Shown: positions 35,778-50,800 of the stretch, piece after piece
Layout: the number at the start of each line of letters is the position of its first letter
How positions within the stretch are numbered: the stretch's first letter is position 1
Program-made: the position numbers and the translations under genes
Notes under the pieces: model-generated
The model's input: the letters and a program-made list of their open reading frames with translations, nothing else
The model's database searches: none
Told to the model about the DNA's origin: nothing
Assembly (NCBI GenBank): GCA_051294905.1
Contig: CM119371.1
Span: forward strand, 12,774,001-12,838,000
Source: Botryllus schlosseri
Lineage: Eukaryota
DNA length: 64,000 nt
Direction of reading: 5' to 3'

Positions 35778-37996
35778 CAATGTTCCCTCTAATTTTTCAC
35801 GAGTCTGCGCAAATACGCCAACTCACTGCGCAGGCCCTTGGACAACAGTGCGCAACCAGGCCCCCCATAGGGTGATAAACCGAACTTCTGGGGGGCTTCG
35901 CCCCCCAGACCCCCCTCGGGCTGCACGCTTTCCCCCGCTACTAATCATCTGTGTCTGGTATTCGTTTGGTGGGCGTTCCAACTAAACGCGCGAAGCGCTA
36001 AAATTTTCTATAATTCATGATCAAATCGGTCAATATCATCGAGAAATGCATATATTTCTATCAATTTTAATCCTGTCTCTGCTCACGTAATCACATTTGC
36101 AGGTAAAGCTGATCGAGTGAGATGTGTTAATAGTATAATTGCTCGCTCGTGAAGCGTAAAATACCGGAAGTCAAGAATGTTGCATTTCGAAGCCAGAAAC
36201 GCAGCATTTCGAGCTAGCTAGCAGTCGAAAATCAGCCTATGGAGCTTCGGAAAAGCGCCATTGTGGTGCTTCATGGACGTGCATTGTGTATTTCGTGGAA
36301 CTAATTACACTGTATATCGTGCATATTGTTGATTTTCCACGATCGGTTTTGAAAACAGGTGTTTTTAATGTGTAGTGACCTACATATTCCGCGGGGACAA
36401 ATGACTATGGTATCCTGTCCACTGAATCACTATAGTGGTTATATCGCGAATTGTTTCCCGTGGAACAGGTTGGTCTAGAAGTGGTCCGTGAGCGTACACA
36501 ATACGAACCAAATACAACCGCTCAGCGCAAATCTGACTCACTGTGTTAAGTAGCCTATATCACGAATCACAGATGTATACATTTAATGTGTTTATGAGGC
36601 ACCTGTAATCAAGCTCTTTACAAAAACACGAACAATTTTATCATTCTCACATTTTTTATCACCAAAATAATTTAGATACTGTTCAGTTGAAAAACCTTGA
36701 GATCTTTTAATTAAATATGAAATACAATGATCAGCGCACATATCAGATTTTTTACTTTGAAGCTGTTGCCTGGTAACGGTGAAGTCCTCTGGACCTAGAA
36801 ACTCGACTATCTGAGGTTTTAGGGGTGGGATCATAACCATGTTAGCTTTAAACACGCTTCTACTATATATGTGTAGATTTCGCGCCCCCTTATCGTCATA
36901 TCACAAAACGCAACCAGCATGCTATAGCCAACCTAACGGATAGTTTGGTGGCATGGGAGGTTACGACTATTGATGAGAGATTTTTAAATATGAAATTCAT
37001 ACTAAAATACAGAGCTATAATTATGAATTGGAAGTAAATCGCGCGGAGCGCGAGAAAATTTTTCAGTTGAGCTCAGCGTCGCGATCCCCTTCAGATGCTT
37101 TCATGACCTCAAGGGGCACGGGTCCCCCAGGTTGAGACCCACTGCCTTAGAATTATCATGGTGAAATATAGCCTACTAAGAATAAGTTTAATCAAGTCCC
37201 CGCATTAATTCGATTTTTAGTACACATTTTATCAATATTTTAGTAAGTTTCTTCAGACTCTCGCGGGCCGCTCAGTCTAGATATCCCTGAAAGAAGGTTT
37301 GGTTACTTCTTGTGACTTTAATTGTAACGGTATAATTTGCTACTTTGACTTTACTTCGAATCTGGATTAGGCATGTGAGGTACGTATAGGCTGCGTAATC
37401 GCGGCATGTTAACGAATGGGCTTGATAGTAAACGAATTTCAGCTTCAATTTATACATCCTATGGTTTTAGTCCATACACAGCAACATTAAAAAGTAGGTT
37501 TTATATTTTCAATTTCAAGCAACCTTTCGCGGGCCGTACAAAATAGCTCCGCTGGCCGAATTTGGCCCGCGGGTCGCACTTTGCTCAGGCCTGGTATAGG
37601 GTATCTTGGGTTTGGAGACGTGAATAAGACTTTAGATCAGTTCATCATCTCCCATCCACTACTACCATGTGCATCGTAGTGCTCCGACAAGGCAAACGTT
37701 CGTTTAATCCGGAAAGTCGTCATTTTGTGGCTATTTCCCTGAAAAATTGCGTTAAATAATCCCCAAAGGCAACACGCTTTCAATATCAAATACTGCCCCT
37801 CAATATCCCCTCTAATTTTTCACGAGTCTGCGCACACTCAACAACTCACTGGCGCGGTCCCTCGGAAAACAGTGCGTAACGACAGAAAAAAAGGTCATCA
37901 CTTCGGCTTTCTTGTGCGCGGGATACGTTTTTCTGTGCGCGGAGACTTCGTCAGCAGTGCGCGGCCGCGCACGCGCGCAGCTTAAAGGGAACATTG
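35778..37996 (+). mobile_element. Composite non-autonomous hAT, 2219 bp
   Basis: Same TIRs. Perfect TSD ttgattag. Same length and same ORF-track translations as 17576-19794. Confidence 0.95.
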
Positions 37997-38331
37997 TTGA
38001 TTAGTATTGCTCATTTCACGGAAGTCAATTTGTGAAGTGTGGATTTGATGGTTTCATTGATTCCATGCTTTGACGCAGAACTGTTATGCAGAACTTGTCA
38101 TTCAAGCGTCCAACAACGATTACATGAGTACGCAATACTATTTTCATGAGCACATGCTGCATTTTCGGCTTCAAATTATTCTAGACAGGAAATGATTGTA
38201 CTTCCTAATATATATTAGGTATGTCCTCTTGGTTGAGACTTTTACAAATCCACTTAGCATATGTCAGGGTGGTCACGTGTAACTACCCATCATTGCTCAT
38301 ATTTAGGTCATATTCCAGTCATATTAGGGCC

Positions 38332-39170
38332 CAGTGGTTCTCAACCGGAGGTCAGCAAATCATTTCCAAGGGGTCCGCGAAGCCTCAAAATGGTTGACAC
38401 CCTAATTTGCATTTTTTTTTTAATTCGGAAAGTCAAGCGGCAGTTTCGCTTCATTACTAGTAAAACCCCTGAGCTCACATCAACAGAATGGTCATCTGAG
38501 GTGAAATATTCTACTGTGCAGACTCATTTTATTTGCTAAAATGCCAATAGCCTACTGACACAAACACTTTGCTGTTTAGAGATGTTTTGTTGGGGATTCT
38601 GGAAAAAAAGTTGGATGAGTAAGGTTATTCACGGTGACTTCAAAATGTTTACAAAGATCTATTTTATGCTGTGATATACAACACCACTTTTGCCATAATA
38701 ACTTCCAGATAAGCAGCTGCATACAAATGACCAAGCATAACGTTACATGTTCATTAAAGAAATTTGTTTGTCAATTTTGGTGCCGTATTTGTTGCGATCA
38801 TACACAAATGTGTCGTCAGTATCGTCACGCGTTATTATTACATTTGCCCCCATCTATGTTTGAGGAATATTCGATCATATCAAATCGCAGCAGCGAAGTT
38901 TCGAGACAGGACTACGTATTTCAGGAAATGCAGTTGCAGAATTCGCTTTGAAATAATAGACAACCCAATTTCTACATGAATAGTATATGATCTTATTTTC
39001 CAGAAAAGTTATTTTGTTGCTGTGTATCAATAAGCCTTCATTTATCATTTGCAAAAGACAGACGACAGTTGCACGATACTTGAGCTATGAACTAAAACTT
39101 CGTGGGGGTCCGCTGGGGTCCGTGGCGGTCCGAAAGAGGTCCGTGAAGACAAAAAGGTTGTGAACCACTG
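38332..39170. mobile_element. Charlie-like hAT MITE
   Basis: cagtggttctcaacc ... ggttgtgaaccactg with ggggtccg subterminal motifs; TSD unclear. Confidence 0.7.
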
Positions 39171-39455
39171 TATGAGGCATAGTGGAAACATCGAAAATAT
39201 GATTGCTTTGATATGTGCTAATAAGCCAATTGAAAGCGTGTGAGCTTGGTCAGACCTCCGTCAGACGTTTTCACGCACCCACAACCTCAGTCGGAGAACC
39301 ACTGCTGTAGAACTTTTAGATTTATCCCACAGCAAAGTCGCATTTCGTTCAAAGGAAACGGAACGGTGAACATCAAGCAATAAGTCTTTAAAATAGGACT
39401 TCTCGAGCTTCGCCTAACAGAAACATCAATAGAACCTCGTATGAATGGTCTATAT

Positions 39456-40433
39456 CAGTGGTTTCCAGCCTTTTTCGACTCATCGCCCCCTTTTGAAGCT
39501 CCACACCGATCATCGCCCCCCAAATATTGGGAACCGAAAAACAGCACCTCGTCAGCCCCCTTCGGCTTAACGCGCGAAGCGCGACGAATTTATATAATTC
39601 ATGCTTGAATCGGTCAATATAGTCGATGTGGTATGTTGGAAAAGGTAGGACCCCTAAATAATAATTAAATATCTCCGGGCGGAATCTTTGTTATATCGAA
39701 TTCTTTACATGCTGTTATTTCGTGACCTCCTATATCTGCTATGTCAGAAGATATGGGAATCGTCAAAACGTACCAAACTGAAAGACGCACATGATTTAAT
39801 GTTGGTATTTCTTTACTGGCAAATAATTTTGTCCTTGCGGGATGGCATTTGTCCTGTAGGGTTAAGGTCGCTAGGACAGGAACATTCGACGCCAGGCATT
39901 GAGGCGCCTCTAGACAATTAAACATATATGTATATATATCTAAGTTTTCGGTCAGCACAAGGGCATTCCTTTTCGGCCAAGGTCTTCTCGTTGCTCATCG
40001 TTCTGGCACACTTCTCGGAGTCGCATGTTACATGGCCTCTAACTTCATATGTCTTGGTGCGTCGTGGCGCAGTAATGGACGACGCCGAAGTCTCCCATTT
40101 CCATAAATCATGCGTATTTTTGTTGGGTGACGGGGCCCCAATATCAAGACACATGAAAATATTTAATCGCGCGCAGCGCGAAAAACTTTGGAAATAGTCG
40201 CATGAATTTCTAAAAAAATACTCTATCATATATGTTCATTCACAAAATAATTTTGAGCTTCCTTCAATTTCGGGCCGCCCACTCCTAATTGGGGGGTTTG
40301 GGGTGCGGTAGTTACGGTCCCGACTCCAATATAGCCGTTTTAACGCGCCATCGCCTCCTTCGTTATTTTCGCCCCCGTGTAGACCGCCGGATCGCCCCCT
40401 AGGGGGCGATATAGCCCACGTTGGGAACCACTG
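39456..40433. mobile_element. Charlie-like hAT MITE (composite)
   Basis: cagtggtttccagc ... gttgggaaccactg; TSD gtctatat / gactatct; atcgcccc repeats. Confidence 0.7.
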
Positions 40434-42157
40434 GACTATCTAATAACAAAAAGTCTGAAAAAGTAATTAAATTTAGGTTCAATTTTGATTTTGAAGGTTC
40501 ACAGGTCCACGAGGTCAAAGAGGTTGAGAACCACTGATTAGGCTACACGACCAACATTCCTAGCATACTTCATGCACAGACCGATGCATGGATGGCTATC
40601 ACATTTTCCACCCTCGGTCACACGGCCATATTTCTTTCAAACTTATCACTCTTGATTTACTACGAAATTGAAGGATTGATAATCTTGACGAAAAGGAAAA
40701 GCCATCAGCCTTTAAATTTATATAACATCATTCAATCATTCCATTTTTACTCGGTTCCATCCCACGATTTCATTTCTACCCCGGCCATGAAACAGCAGCA
40801 AACTATCGAATATTGGAGCTAAAGTGAACCATTAGCCAATTTGCACTGATATAACTCGAAGGTCTTCCAAAGTTATTATATCAAGCTGTCCGTTCAACAG
40901 GAAATTAATGTAACATTCGAAGCCTCTGTACCGCCTAAACGTATGGAAAAGCGACCGACCGCGCACAACGTATTCCACATCGCATCCCAAAATGCACATT
41001 AGCTAAAGAATATTACTACTAGTAAAATATTGTCACTGTCCACTGTTATACACTTCCTTGAAATCAGTAAGCTCGGCATCCTACAGTGAATATAGCTTAT
41101 AATGCAGAATTCGAAAATAGTGAATCAAAGGAATACTTTGAATGACCGAAGTGGAAAATTCGTAGGACTCATGACAGGTAGTATATACTTCGTTATTGGC
41201 CTTATATAATTACGATTTATGATACATTTAAGCTCGTGCAACTTACCTATACGACATGATATGTTTTAAATGATCGCAGTGGCGCTGTCACGACCCAAAT
41301 ATGTACCCATACTATTTGAATCACTGATACAAGGTGGTGTGCCTCATCGAACTGCAATAAAATGTTCGCTGAGATATTTATTGTACGACGTAACATTACA
41401 ACACAACAGATTTCCGTAAAATGGGTGACGTGCACAATGTGTGAGGGATAAACAAAAGTTCCACTGATATCATCCAATATTATTACGTTGCACGCATTCA
41501 AGACGGGATACAAATGTTCTCTACTTCACGGAGAGGCAATTGAACAGTTACTACGGTACAGTTCATAACAAGTAATCGAATATGTGGCAGCTTCACAGAT
41601 GTTTTACATTATAAAGTTGAATTGGTAGAGGTAGGACGTGGCCAATGATTACAATCAGTGATACGTTGAAGGCATGTCGTTGTAATATTTCCGATATATC
41701 GATCCTGCCCAAATTAAGAATGCAAGCGGACCGCGTAATTTCCCAGTTATTGAATTCTGGATCTATATAGCAGAGTCGCTATTATTTCGCTAGGCCTATA
41801 TTCCATGAAATTTAGCGCATTACATGAAATGGAGTTCACAAGTAAGTTTGTTTTCAGAAATTAGCCGAAACATTCCTCTTTTCAAGGTCTAACAACCAAC
41901 TAATTTATTCTCAATAGAGGTAGGCTATATCCAATCAACTTAGATAGCCGAGGTCTTCAGCTGTAATCGAACGTAGGCCTATGCCACAAGATCATACTAA
42001 AGTTTCATAGCTGACCTCAACCGACCAGTAGCCTTGCAAAAACAAATGATTCGTTCAATGATTTTATACACGCGATATAATCTGAGTAATAAATAACCAG
42101 TCTTTGGTTTCAAGGTATGAGATGGGCACGATATCGAGCATTGACAACTCTGTATAC

Positions 42158-43416
42158 CAGCGGTCGGGAACCTATGGCTCGCGAGCCACATATGGCTCTT
42201 TTGGGTATAAGATATGGCTCTTTACCTAATTTTTTTTTACTGAACTGATCAATATTGCAGCAACTTGCTAGTACATTTGCATCAAGACCAAAATAATTAT
42301 TCTCGTGACCGTATAAACATGTCTTTTAGAGGGTAAAGACAATGCCGTCTTCAGGGTTAGGGGCTCGGACCCCCCAAATTTAAGTTACTGTCGCGCCAGT
42401 GACCAATGTTACTCGCGAATTCGATGTACCCGACTCGAAATCTTGGATTGCACGATACGTTGCACGATACGTTGATCAAAGAGAATATCAGACATGGTGA
42501 TGCCCAATTTCCAATATGACAACGTAGTTATCAAATAAATACACACGGTCTTCCTGATCTACTGTACGAAATGAACTGCCGCGGAAGTGACATTCACAAT
42601 TACAAACCGGAATACAAAACAACGCCATAGCTATCCACGTTCTTGATTCGTACGTCGATTTGTAGTAGCGGCGATGAAATGTAAGATTACCGAGCAACGT
42701 TATTATGTTCCCGCCGAATACTTTGAGAATTGAGAAGTCGATCAGTATTTTGATTTTCGGAATCAGTGCGACAGTTACATTCAATTAATATCAGTTATTA
42801 TAAATTCCAAGCTATTTACGATGAATCGCGGTACCAATGGCAAAGCTTGGCCCGTATGTGCCTTACCTCTCGTTTCGGCCTTTATCTTTGAAAAATAAAT
42901 ATGCAAATCGCCTAATTTTAGGAGGAAAATGTTCTAAATTCAGTCATTCATGAACATCGATAGCAAATACCAATAGCAATTAAAGGTTTCACAATTTTCG
43001 GTCACTGATTCTGACGACAGGTAACGAACTGCCTCACTTGCCTCCCCGGACCCCACGTCACTGATGTACCACACCTTACATAGGGTACATACTGCTAGTG
43101 GTCATGTTTAGCTCCGCTTACGCATGTGATCATGGGTTGTCGCATTTAAAATGAGCATCACGACGACGCTACGGTCTCGTAACTAAAGTACCACATGCTC
43201 GAATAAGGTTAGCAGTATGATTAGTAGGAGTTTTTACGGAGAAAATGAGGCGCACGCGACTTATCCCATGTAGTGAGTTTGTATAACTGCTACCGTGACG
43301 TCATGAATGTTCAATTTTGACGTAACAGTTGATTGACATGTATGGCTCTTTGAGAGTTGAAATGAAAAAAAATGGGCCAATATGGCTCTTCGGACGAAAA
43401 AGGTTCCCGACCACTG
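42158..43416. mobile_element. Charlie-like hAT MITE
   Basis: cagcggtcgggaacc / ggttcccgaccactg; perfect TSD ctgtatac; tatggctc subterminal repeats. Confidence 0.9.
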
Positions 43417-45244
43417 CTGTATACGATGACTGTTCAAAGTTTTGCCTTTATTTAGCCCGTATTCAAGAATCTTACTCAGTGCTCGAACTCATTTTGCGGC
43501 AACATTGCGTAAGAATCGGTATTCAGAAAGCGAAGCGAGAGAACGAGTTTGAGTTTGACTGGAGTCGATCTTGGTGCTCTTTCGAGTTGTACTTTTGTGG
43601 TTATAGTATTCAATGACGATCTGAGGTTGGAGTCGATCTCGAAGTGCGGCGTTGGAGCACGCGTTTTCCGAGTCACGGCGTGGGCAGACTCAAGGCCTTA
43701 CTCATTCCCTTTTTTTACCGTTTGGCAGTGAATATATTGTGAAAATTGCGCTGTGGGCATGTGGGCATGTGGGCAATGGTTTCACGAAATCGGTTAATTC
43801 CTCACAACGCTATGTTTTATCATTTAATATAAAACGTGGCCTATAGATATGTAGAAACGAATGGAAGATGAATGTTACTGAAAAACCACGCTCAGGCTGT
43901 TGTCTACAATAGCGATTTTCCAATCCTAACAAGAACCGAATCGTCGGCTACGCGGACAAATGCAATACACGATGGTTGATGACCTGGCGCTTTATGAATG
44001 TACGCGATGTTAGATCATCGCAATACAGTTGATAAAACCGTCCGTCCCTGTGTATGGCGGAAATATCAACAACGCGGTAACAATACCCATCATCAGTAAT
44101 CCAATAAATAGCTTGAGCTTATGCCTGAAGACTTCAGGATGAAGTCTGATGTTTCATTATTTGAAAATATATGCTTTGGCTACAACAATATGTCAAATAG
44201 TCATGTTATTGAGCGGTGTTATTTCGTCTCTACATCCAGCGCATAATTCTAATATAATGTAACGACGTAATTGAAGGCAATGTAACCAAGATCTGAACCC
44301 GCGGATTGCCAGATCGCGAGCAATTAACAAAACCACAGACGTCTGCAAGCAGTTATCAAGCTGTCAAATCTATCGAGAAACTCGAAACTGACTCGACTCG
44401 AAACCGACTCGAATCCGAGCAACGCTCGAAATCCTAACCGAATACCAAACCCTCTCTCAAATCAAGCTGGACTCGGCCTTTGCTCTGCTGAACTCGACTT
44501 GAGTTTGAGACAGAGACGTGTGTCTCTGAACACGGGCCTAGTCAAGTTATGATATAAAGCAGGGGTGAATAACCTTCCGCTGCAGAAGCATAATTACGCA
44601 GCCCGTAATTCATTTAACGAGTGTTAGCCGTCGTCAATATGCATTTTAAATCTACGAATCGTCTCTCAATTTATCGAAATATCTCAATTCCAGTCGAAAA
44701 TTCTCTTCGCGATTCGCGTGATTCGGGGAGATTTCAGTTTTCAAATTTTATACGATACTGTCTTTGCAATCTGAGCCCCACAGCGCATATGCAAACGGCA
44801 GAGAAAGTAATGTGCTCCATAAAAAAAAATCAATTTGAAATCGTGTGCGTCTCACGAAAGAAGTTCCTCTTGCACGATTTTGAGATTACAATATATTTTG
44901 ACTATATACTGACAATCCTAACGGGAAGGGAAGTCAAGAATCAACCACATACAACAAAGCGATTAATATCAATGACACTCCCGAATATTTGGCAAATGAC
45001 GGTTAATCTGATCACATGTGCGCAGAAATATTAAATATTTGATAATAATATGTGCAACAACTAATATCATCGACGAAATTCATTCATGAATATGCAAAAT
45101 ATTTGGTGCTCCACGCGACTGGCCAGCCATATTTTCATCACATTAACACTTGCGACTTCGGGGCGTATAGTAAGCCAATATATATCAATTTATGGTCTGG
45201 AGTTCACCGCCACCTGTTCCGGTACCTTCGAGAATAGCCTAATC

Positions 45245-46832
45245 CAGGGGCGGGCAACTTCTCCGGCTGGCGGGCCAGATATGGGAAAATGAACCACTTG
45301 GCGGGCCGGATTACAGAATATATACATTATACAGTATACGTCAATCGCGTAATTATCCACCTATACAAGGAATCCGTTGTATTCAATGTAAACTTCAAGT
45401 TTGAAGCATAGAGTCTAAAAACAGCATTCATTAGATTTATTTACAACAGCTATTGAAGTCAATCAGACATCTGTGGTCGTTCAATATTGTCAACTAATTT
45501 TTTGAACTCTGGTTGCATGTCATATGCGGAAACCCTAAGAAAAGACTGCACGTGAACATCAGTCATATTGGAACGCAGCCTTCCTCGTTAGTGTTCGTGG
45601 CAGTGTTGGGATCAAGTCACTACCTTCGAGTCACAAGTAATCTCACGTCATTGCACATTTTGACTCGAGTCAAGTCAAGTCACGTCACTTGATTTTTAAA
45701 GGTGACTCGGGTCAATAAGTCAAGCCACTCGATTTTTGAAGGTGACTCTAGTCAAGTCAATTCAAGTCAAGTCAAGTCACGAGTCAGGTCACTAGTCAAG
45801 TCAAGTTGAAATTTCAAAGAACTAGGCATGATTCAAAGTCATTACATTTTGCTAACTGTTTTAAATACAGATGAAGTACCCATTTATTTTGGAATTGACG
45901 AACGAATAAACAGTTTGTTTGTTTGTTTTGAGACATTCATGGTGTTTGTCGACTACTACGGTCATTTACACCAGGTCAATATTATTCATATTTATTCCTC
46001 AACTGCCGACTTATAGCACGGCCCACTTCTAGGCTTTGTGTAAGACACCGCTTATGCAGATTAAGTGGCGGGAAGCGGAATGACTAGTTGATTTTACTCG
46101 CAAAAGACGGTGTATCGTTCACACATACACAGAACTGCTCAACTACGCAAGTATAGCGATGTACCGTCAGTCTTTAAAATATCAGCCAAAATACAGGATA
46201 ACATACGAAACCTCAGAAAGTTTAAAAATGATATAGTTCAATACCCTACCCACCTACTTATCCACGATATACAATTATAAACGTATGAGCTATATTCGTT
46301 TGATTTAAATTATATACAACAGGGTTGGTTGTGGTGAGCAAGTTTACGACAACGTAAGCTGGTTGTATAAGCTGCGTTTGCGATCAATTCATTTGTGATA
46401 TAACAATGGAGGCTCGGCGAACATACACGAGATACAGCGATTTAGTCAACATCAATTACTGGATGACTATAAATTGACTCGTAACTTTTGCTTCGAGTCA
46501 CGACTCACGAGTCAATCTGCATTTCTGAAGAGTCGAGTCAAGTCAAGTCATTTTTCCAAGGTGACTCGAGTCAAGTCAAGTCATACTAAAAAGGTGACTC
46601 GAGTCATCCCAACATTGGTTCATGGTAGAATATGTACGTAGACCCGAACTGAGCAACTAGTTTAATGTCCATCTTTCTCAGGCTCACAAACTTGTATTCA
46701 TTCTGTGACGCATAAAATTTGTCAATACATTCACAATGAAATTTCTCTTTCAGAGTAAAAACTCTCAGCGGGCCGGACAAAATCCCTCCACGGGCCGGAT
46801 CCGGCCCGTGGGCCGTATGTTGCCCGCCCCTG
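45245..46832. mobile_element. Charlie-like hAT MITE with nested MITE 45601-46617 and a SINE piece
   Basis: caggggcgggcaac / gttgcccgcccctg, TSD gcctaatc. Inner element cagtgttgggat / atcccaacattg, TSD gttcgtgg / gttcatgg, (agtca)n arrays. Confidence 0.9.
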
Positions 46833-47474
46833 GCCTAATCTATACCTGACATACGTCGATATATTGCGTGTCAGCTTTTTTGCAATGGTATCCATGAAGG
46901 GGAGTATCATGAAAAAGTTAGTCGAACACCATGAGAAGAATTGTTGACCACTGCATGGAGGTTCAATATCAACGTTGAGGTAGGGGGGATCTGACGAATT
47001 GTTGTATTAGTCCTGCCCAGTGGCGTAATAGCCATTTGGCGCCTGCGGATCTGCGCCATGGGCAGCGGGCTGCTAGGTAAATACTTTAGTCAATGCTATA
47101 GAAGTATTGAAAAATACATTTTTTTATGTCAACACAACAAACTAATTCAAAATGTTGGCGGCATTTTCAACGAAAGCCATGGGCGGCAGCATATGCTCCT
47201 ACGTCACTAGCCCTGCCTATACCTTATCGTTCGTTACTAGATAAAGCGCTATCTGATTGTTTTAGGTTTGCACGCTGTTTTTTCAGCAGGTCCGATGATT
47301 ATCACGTTAAATATATAATTTATTAACTTTCGTGCGCAGTGTATTTCACAAGGAAAAAGTGATGGCGGGTAAAATCACACGGGCTGTCCGCGATACGAAG
47401 TCCTCAAGTTGGCTACTTAACATAGGTATTTGGCGTCCAGGCGGTCTGTTACGACTATCAGCTGTGGCCGTAGG

Positions 47475-47641
47475 CAATGTTCCCTCACCAACTCACTGCG
47501 CAAACCCTTGGAAAACAGTGCGTAACGACTAAAAAAAATATCATCACTTCGGATTTTTTGTGCGCATCTCAGATTTTCTGTGCGCACATACCGTGAAAGC
47601 ACTTCGCCTTTGCGCATGTGCGCTTCTTAGAGGGAACATTG
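47475..47641 (+). mobile_element. 167-bp simple caatgttccct-family MITE
   Basis: TIR caatgttccct / agggaacattg; perfect TSD gccgtagg. Confidence 0.9.
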
Positions 47642-47822
47642 GCCGTAGGGTATATAAGTAATCCAACTGTGGCCGTGAATAGCATAAAAGTTGAACACCC
47701 CTGATATAAAGTTGTTAGTGTTTTGTCATTATACGGTGACATTCTTGTAAATTGACAACGGTTGTTTCTTGTTTAAAGTTTCATCTTGTCAGCTCCTCCC
47801 ATATCTGCAGCGCGACTCCTAT

Positions 47823-50800
47823 TCAGCTCCGTAGTTCCAGCGGTACGACCTGGTGCGGAGTTCTTACTGAATACGAAATTTGTCTTGTTAGAGCGCGGTT
47901 GATGACTTTAAAAGCGACATACTGACCTTTATTTCTCCACCTACGTATCGCATCTGTCAACCATGAAATAAATATACTTCCCCGGCTTAGTATCAGATCT
48001 GGAAGGTCAGAGTAAAGGAACGGATTCAGAGCGCTGTTTATCGGGATGATGAGTAGACCGGTCGGAAGATAGGCATCCAAGGGGATCGCGATTCCTGGAA
48101 ATATGTTCAAGCCTGTCTGACACGGAGTTTTCAAGCTATGAGCGATTTCCCACTATACTATTAGTCATGAATTTGTCTTCAGTAGGGAAGAGCGATTTTC
48201 TGGTTACGGCAGTGATTTTCAACCTGGCCTCGAAAGTGGCGGCCTCTGTTTAGCAGTAATCAACTTCCCAAATAGGTCACCGTGAAGGCACTATTACCTC
48301 TAATTTAGTAATCCACTAAATTTAGTGGTAGGCCAAGTATCATGTCTGTAGAGTACCTGCGGTGTTTTAAAGTCTGCCTCTAACAGCCAGTCATCACGGA
48401 ATGGATGTATTTAAGTCCTTCCGACACTCAGTTATAATGATATAAGACATGATCGCTGAGTAACCGAAAGACGTGAACGCACTCCAGATGTGAGATTTTT
48501 TAGTTTAAATCGGATTATTTATTTTTCCTAGTTTCTGCGCAAGATGTTAACATGAAATAAACTTATCAAAAAGTATGACTTCAGGTGATTTAGCTGGAGT
48601 TCAAATAAATAGTATTGAAATGTGAAAATTATAAATTCTTGGTTTTGATACCTCCTAATTGCATAATACCCATTATGCAGACTGGAAACCAACAAAGGAA
48701 ATCAGTGGCTAGAATCCTGGAAAGTTTGCGCTGCATTGCCGTATCTCGTTTGTTCAGTTTGCTGGGAGTCATTGACGATTCCAATATCTCTCTTTCGGTG
48801 GCTTTTCTGTGGAATACATGCCATGCGAGTAAAAATATCACAATATATAGAAATATCCATCATCAATGTCCCGGAGTCTCAGGACATTGGCATGATCCAT
48901 AAGTAGGAAGCACCCTCCAGTCGAAAAAGATACATACCACATTACTCCTGAGTGTATGTCAGCTCAGAGTGAATATAACTCTCCAAAACAGTAATATATC
49001 GGCACACGTCAGTTATTATACAGATCTTGCTATAAAACTCGATGCGATGGATGTATATTAATGTTTGCTTCACGAAAATGTGAGGGATATGGCAAACCTA
49101 AATATGCATAAAGCTCCCTACCTGTACAATGCAATGTAGGACAGGAGCATGAAGACAAATGCCAGGAAGTTCAGCATCAGAAGAATTAATGAATACACCC
49201 ATGATCCGTCTTTGTTCCGGTCGGGAAAGAATGTTGGCAGGCAAACGGTGTGACTTGAATAATACCCGAACTCGTAGGTAGCTTTTATGGGACTGTGTAC
49301 ATTAATTTGAGAGATCAGTCTCCTCAATCTGCCCCATTCCGTGCTGTGTAATCAATTGACCTCATTGACGTAATTTCGCACTGAAATGTGCGGGAAATGT
49401 GGTTGGCTATACCTGTCGCCATGTTCATGAATCGTGCCGTTGTTGAGAACGCGTAACCAGTTTATAAGATGATTCTTGTCGTTCCGATTGACCTTTGTTT
49501 TGAAGATCGCAGTGTCATTAAACCTGCCAATCACGATTTTCAGTATTTCTAGGGATGGTGTGAACGTGAGGTTCACGTTCGGAAAATTTGAGGTTCGCGT
49601 TCACAACAGAACCTTGGTAGGTTCTGCACTGTGAACCTTTTTCATATATTGCAATTTTAACTTCAATAGGGCTGGGCAAAATCGAGTAGCTGAGTGATTC
49701 GATTATGAATCACGTAATATGCTTCGAGTTGTGTCGAGTAATCGAGTATCAGTCATTATGACGTCATAACAGAATGTAATATGTCAAAGTTCAAATATGT
49801 ATCTTTTATGTAACAAAAAAGAATATAATGCCTGTTATCCATCTCATAAAATATATTTTGGTATTTTTCGACCAGACCGATTGCATTCCACCTAGTGATA
49901 ATGTTGTGGGATGATCATGACTTCGGAAATGTGCTATTTACAGCAACGTTCGTAGCTTTGTACTATACGTTTCGTATGCTACGATACGAGCAATCAAGGT
50001 TTCAAGGCTTCCACAGTGAAATTAGTATAGAAACCATAATTCTCGTTTACAAATTAACTTTCAGTGGCAAGGTGGGTATAATTTCAGTACTCGAAAAAAT
50101 CGTATTTTACTACTCGACTCGAATCATTAAAATTAATTCTCGATTCAGATTCGAGTACTCGAATCATTGTGCCCAGCCCTAAACTTCATTATAACATCTT
50201 TGATTCCAACTGATTGACTTTCAACTGCGGGCGACTCTATGCATGGGGCTGGCAGCATAAACATTCAACACTAAACGAGCATGCCCTTGACAATCTCATA
50301 AATTTACTTGTATTGTTACAAAAGTTTGCTCGAAATATCCAGCCTTCCGTTTGCGCATATTTAGTGTCTCTGTGCTGTGAGCTTGTCCCGCAATCACATG
50401 ACATCAAGAGCGAAATACAAAGTATTTTGTCAGCAAATGATCCTTGAGATGAGAGTGATATCGTCTTCTGATGTAAAAATCTAGCAGGCGTACGGGGTCA
50501 ATCTTGACTACATATGTGTACTGTATCGTAAAAACCAAATCCGTGCGACTGGGGTGTTGGCTATACTGCTGTATGACTTGTTAATCGGTAGCAAGTATAG
50601 AAACCCATTTTACACTCTGCTCAATATCCATGTGGCAATACTCAGACGCCGAATACATGGTCCGATCAGGTCGAAATTGTTGGCAAAGCGACGCAAGATA
50701 CTGATTTTATGGGATTATTATATCATTTGATTGCCCCAGTTGATACATTTGGCGACGTTTCAAACGTCAATATGTACTTAAGTACTGAGCTATTATGTGG

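Noticed and set aside
45640..45810. (agtca)n / gactcga arrays (also 11740-11900, 46480-46605, 59780-59890) as CRISPR-like or satellite repeats
   Set aside because: No repeat-spacer periodicity; they are subterminal motifs of TIR elements.
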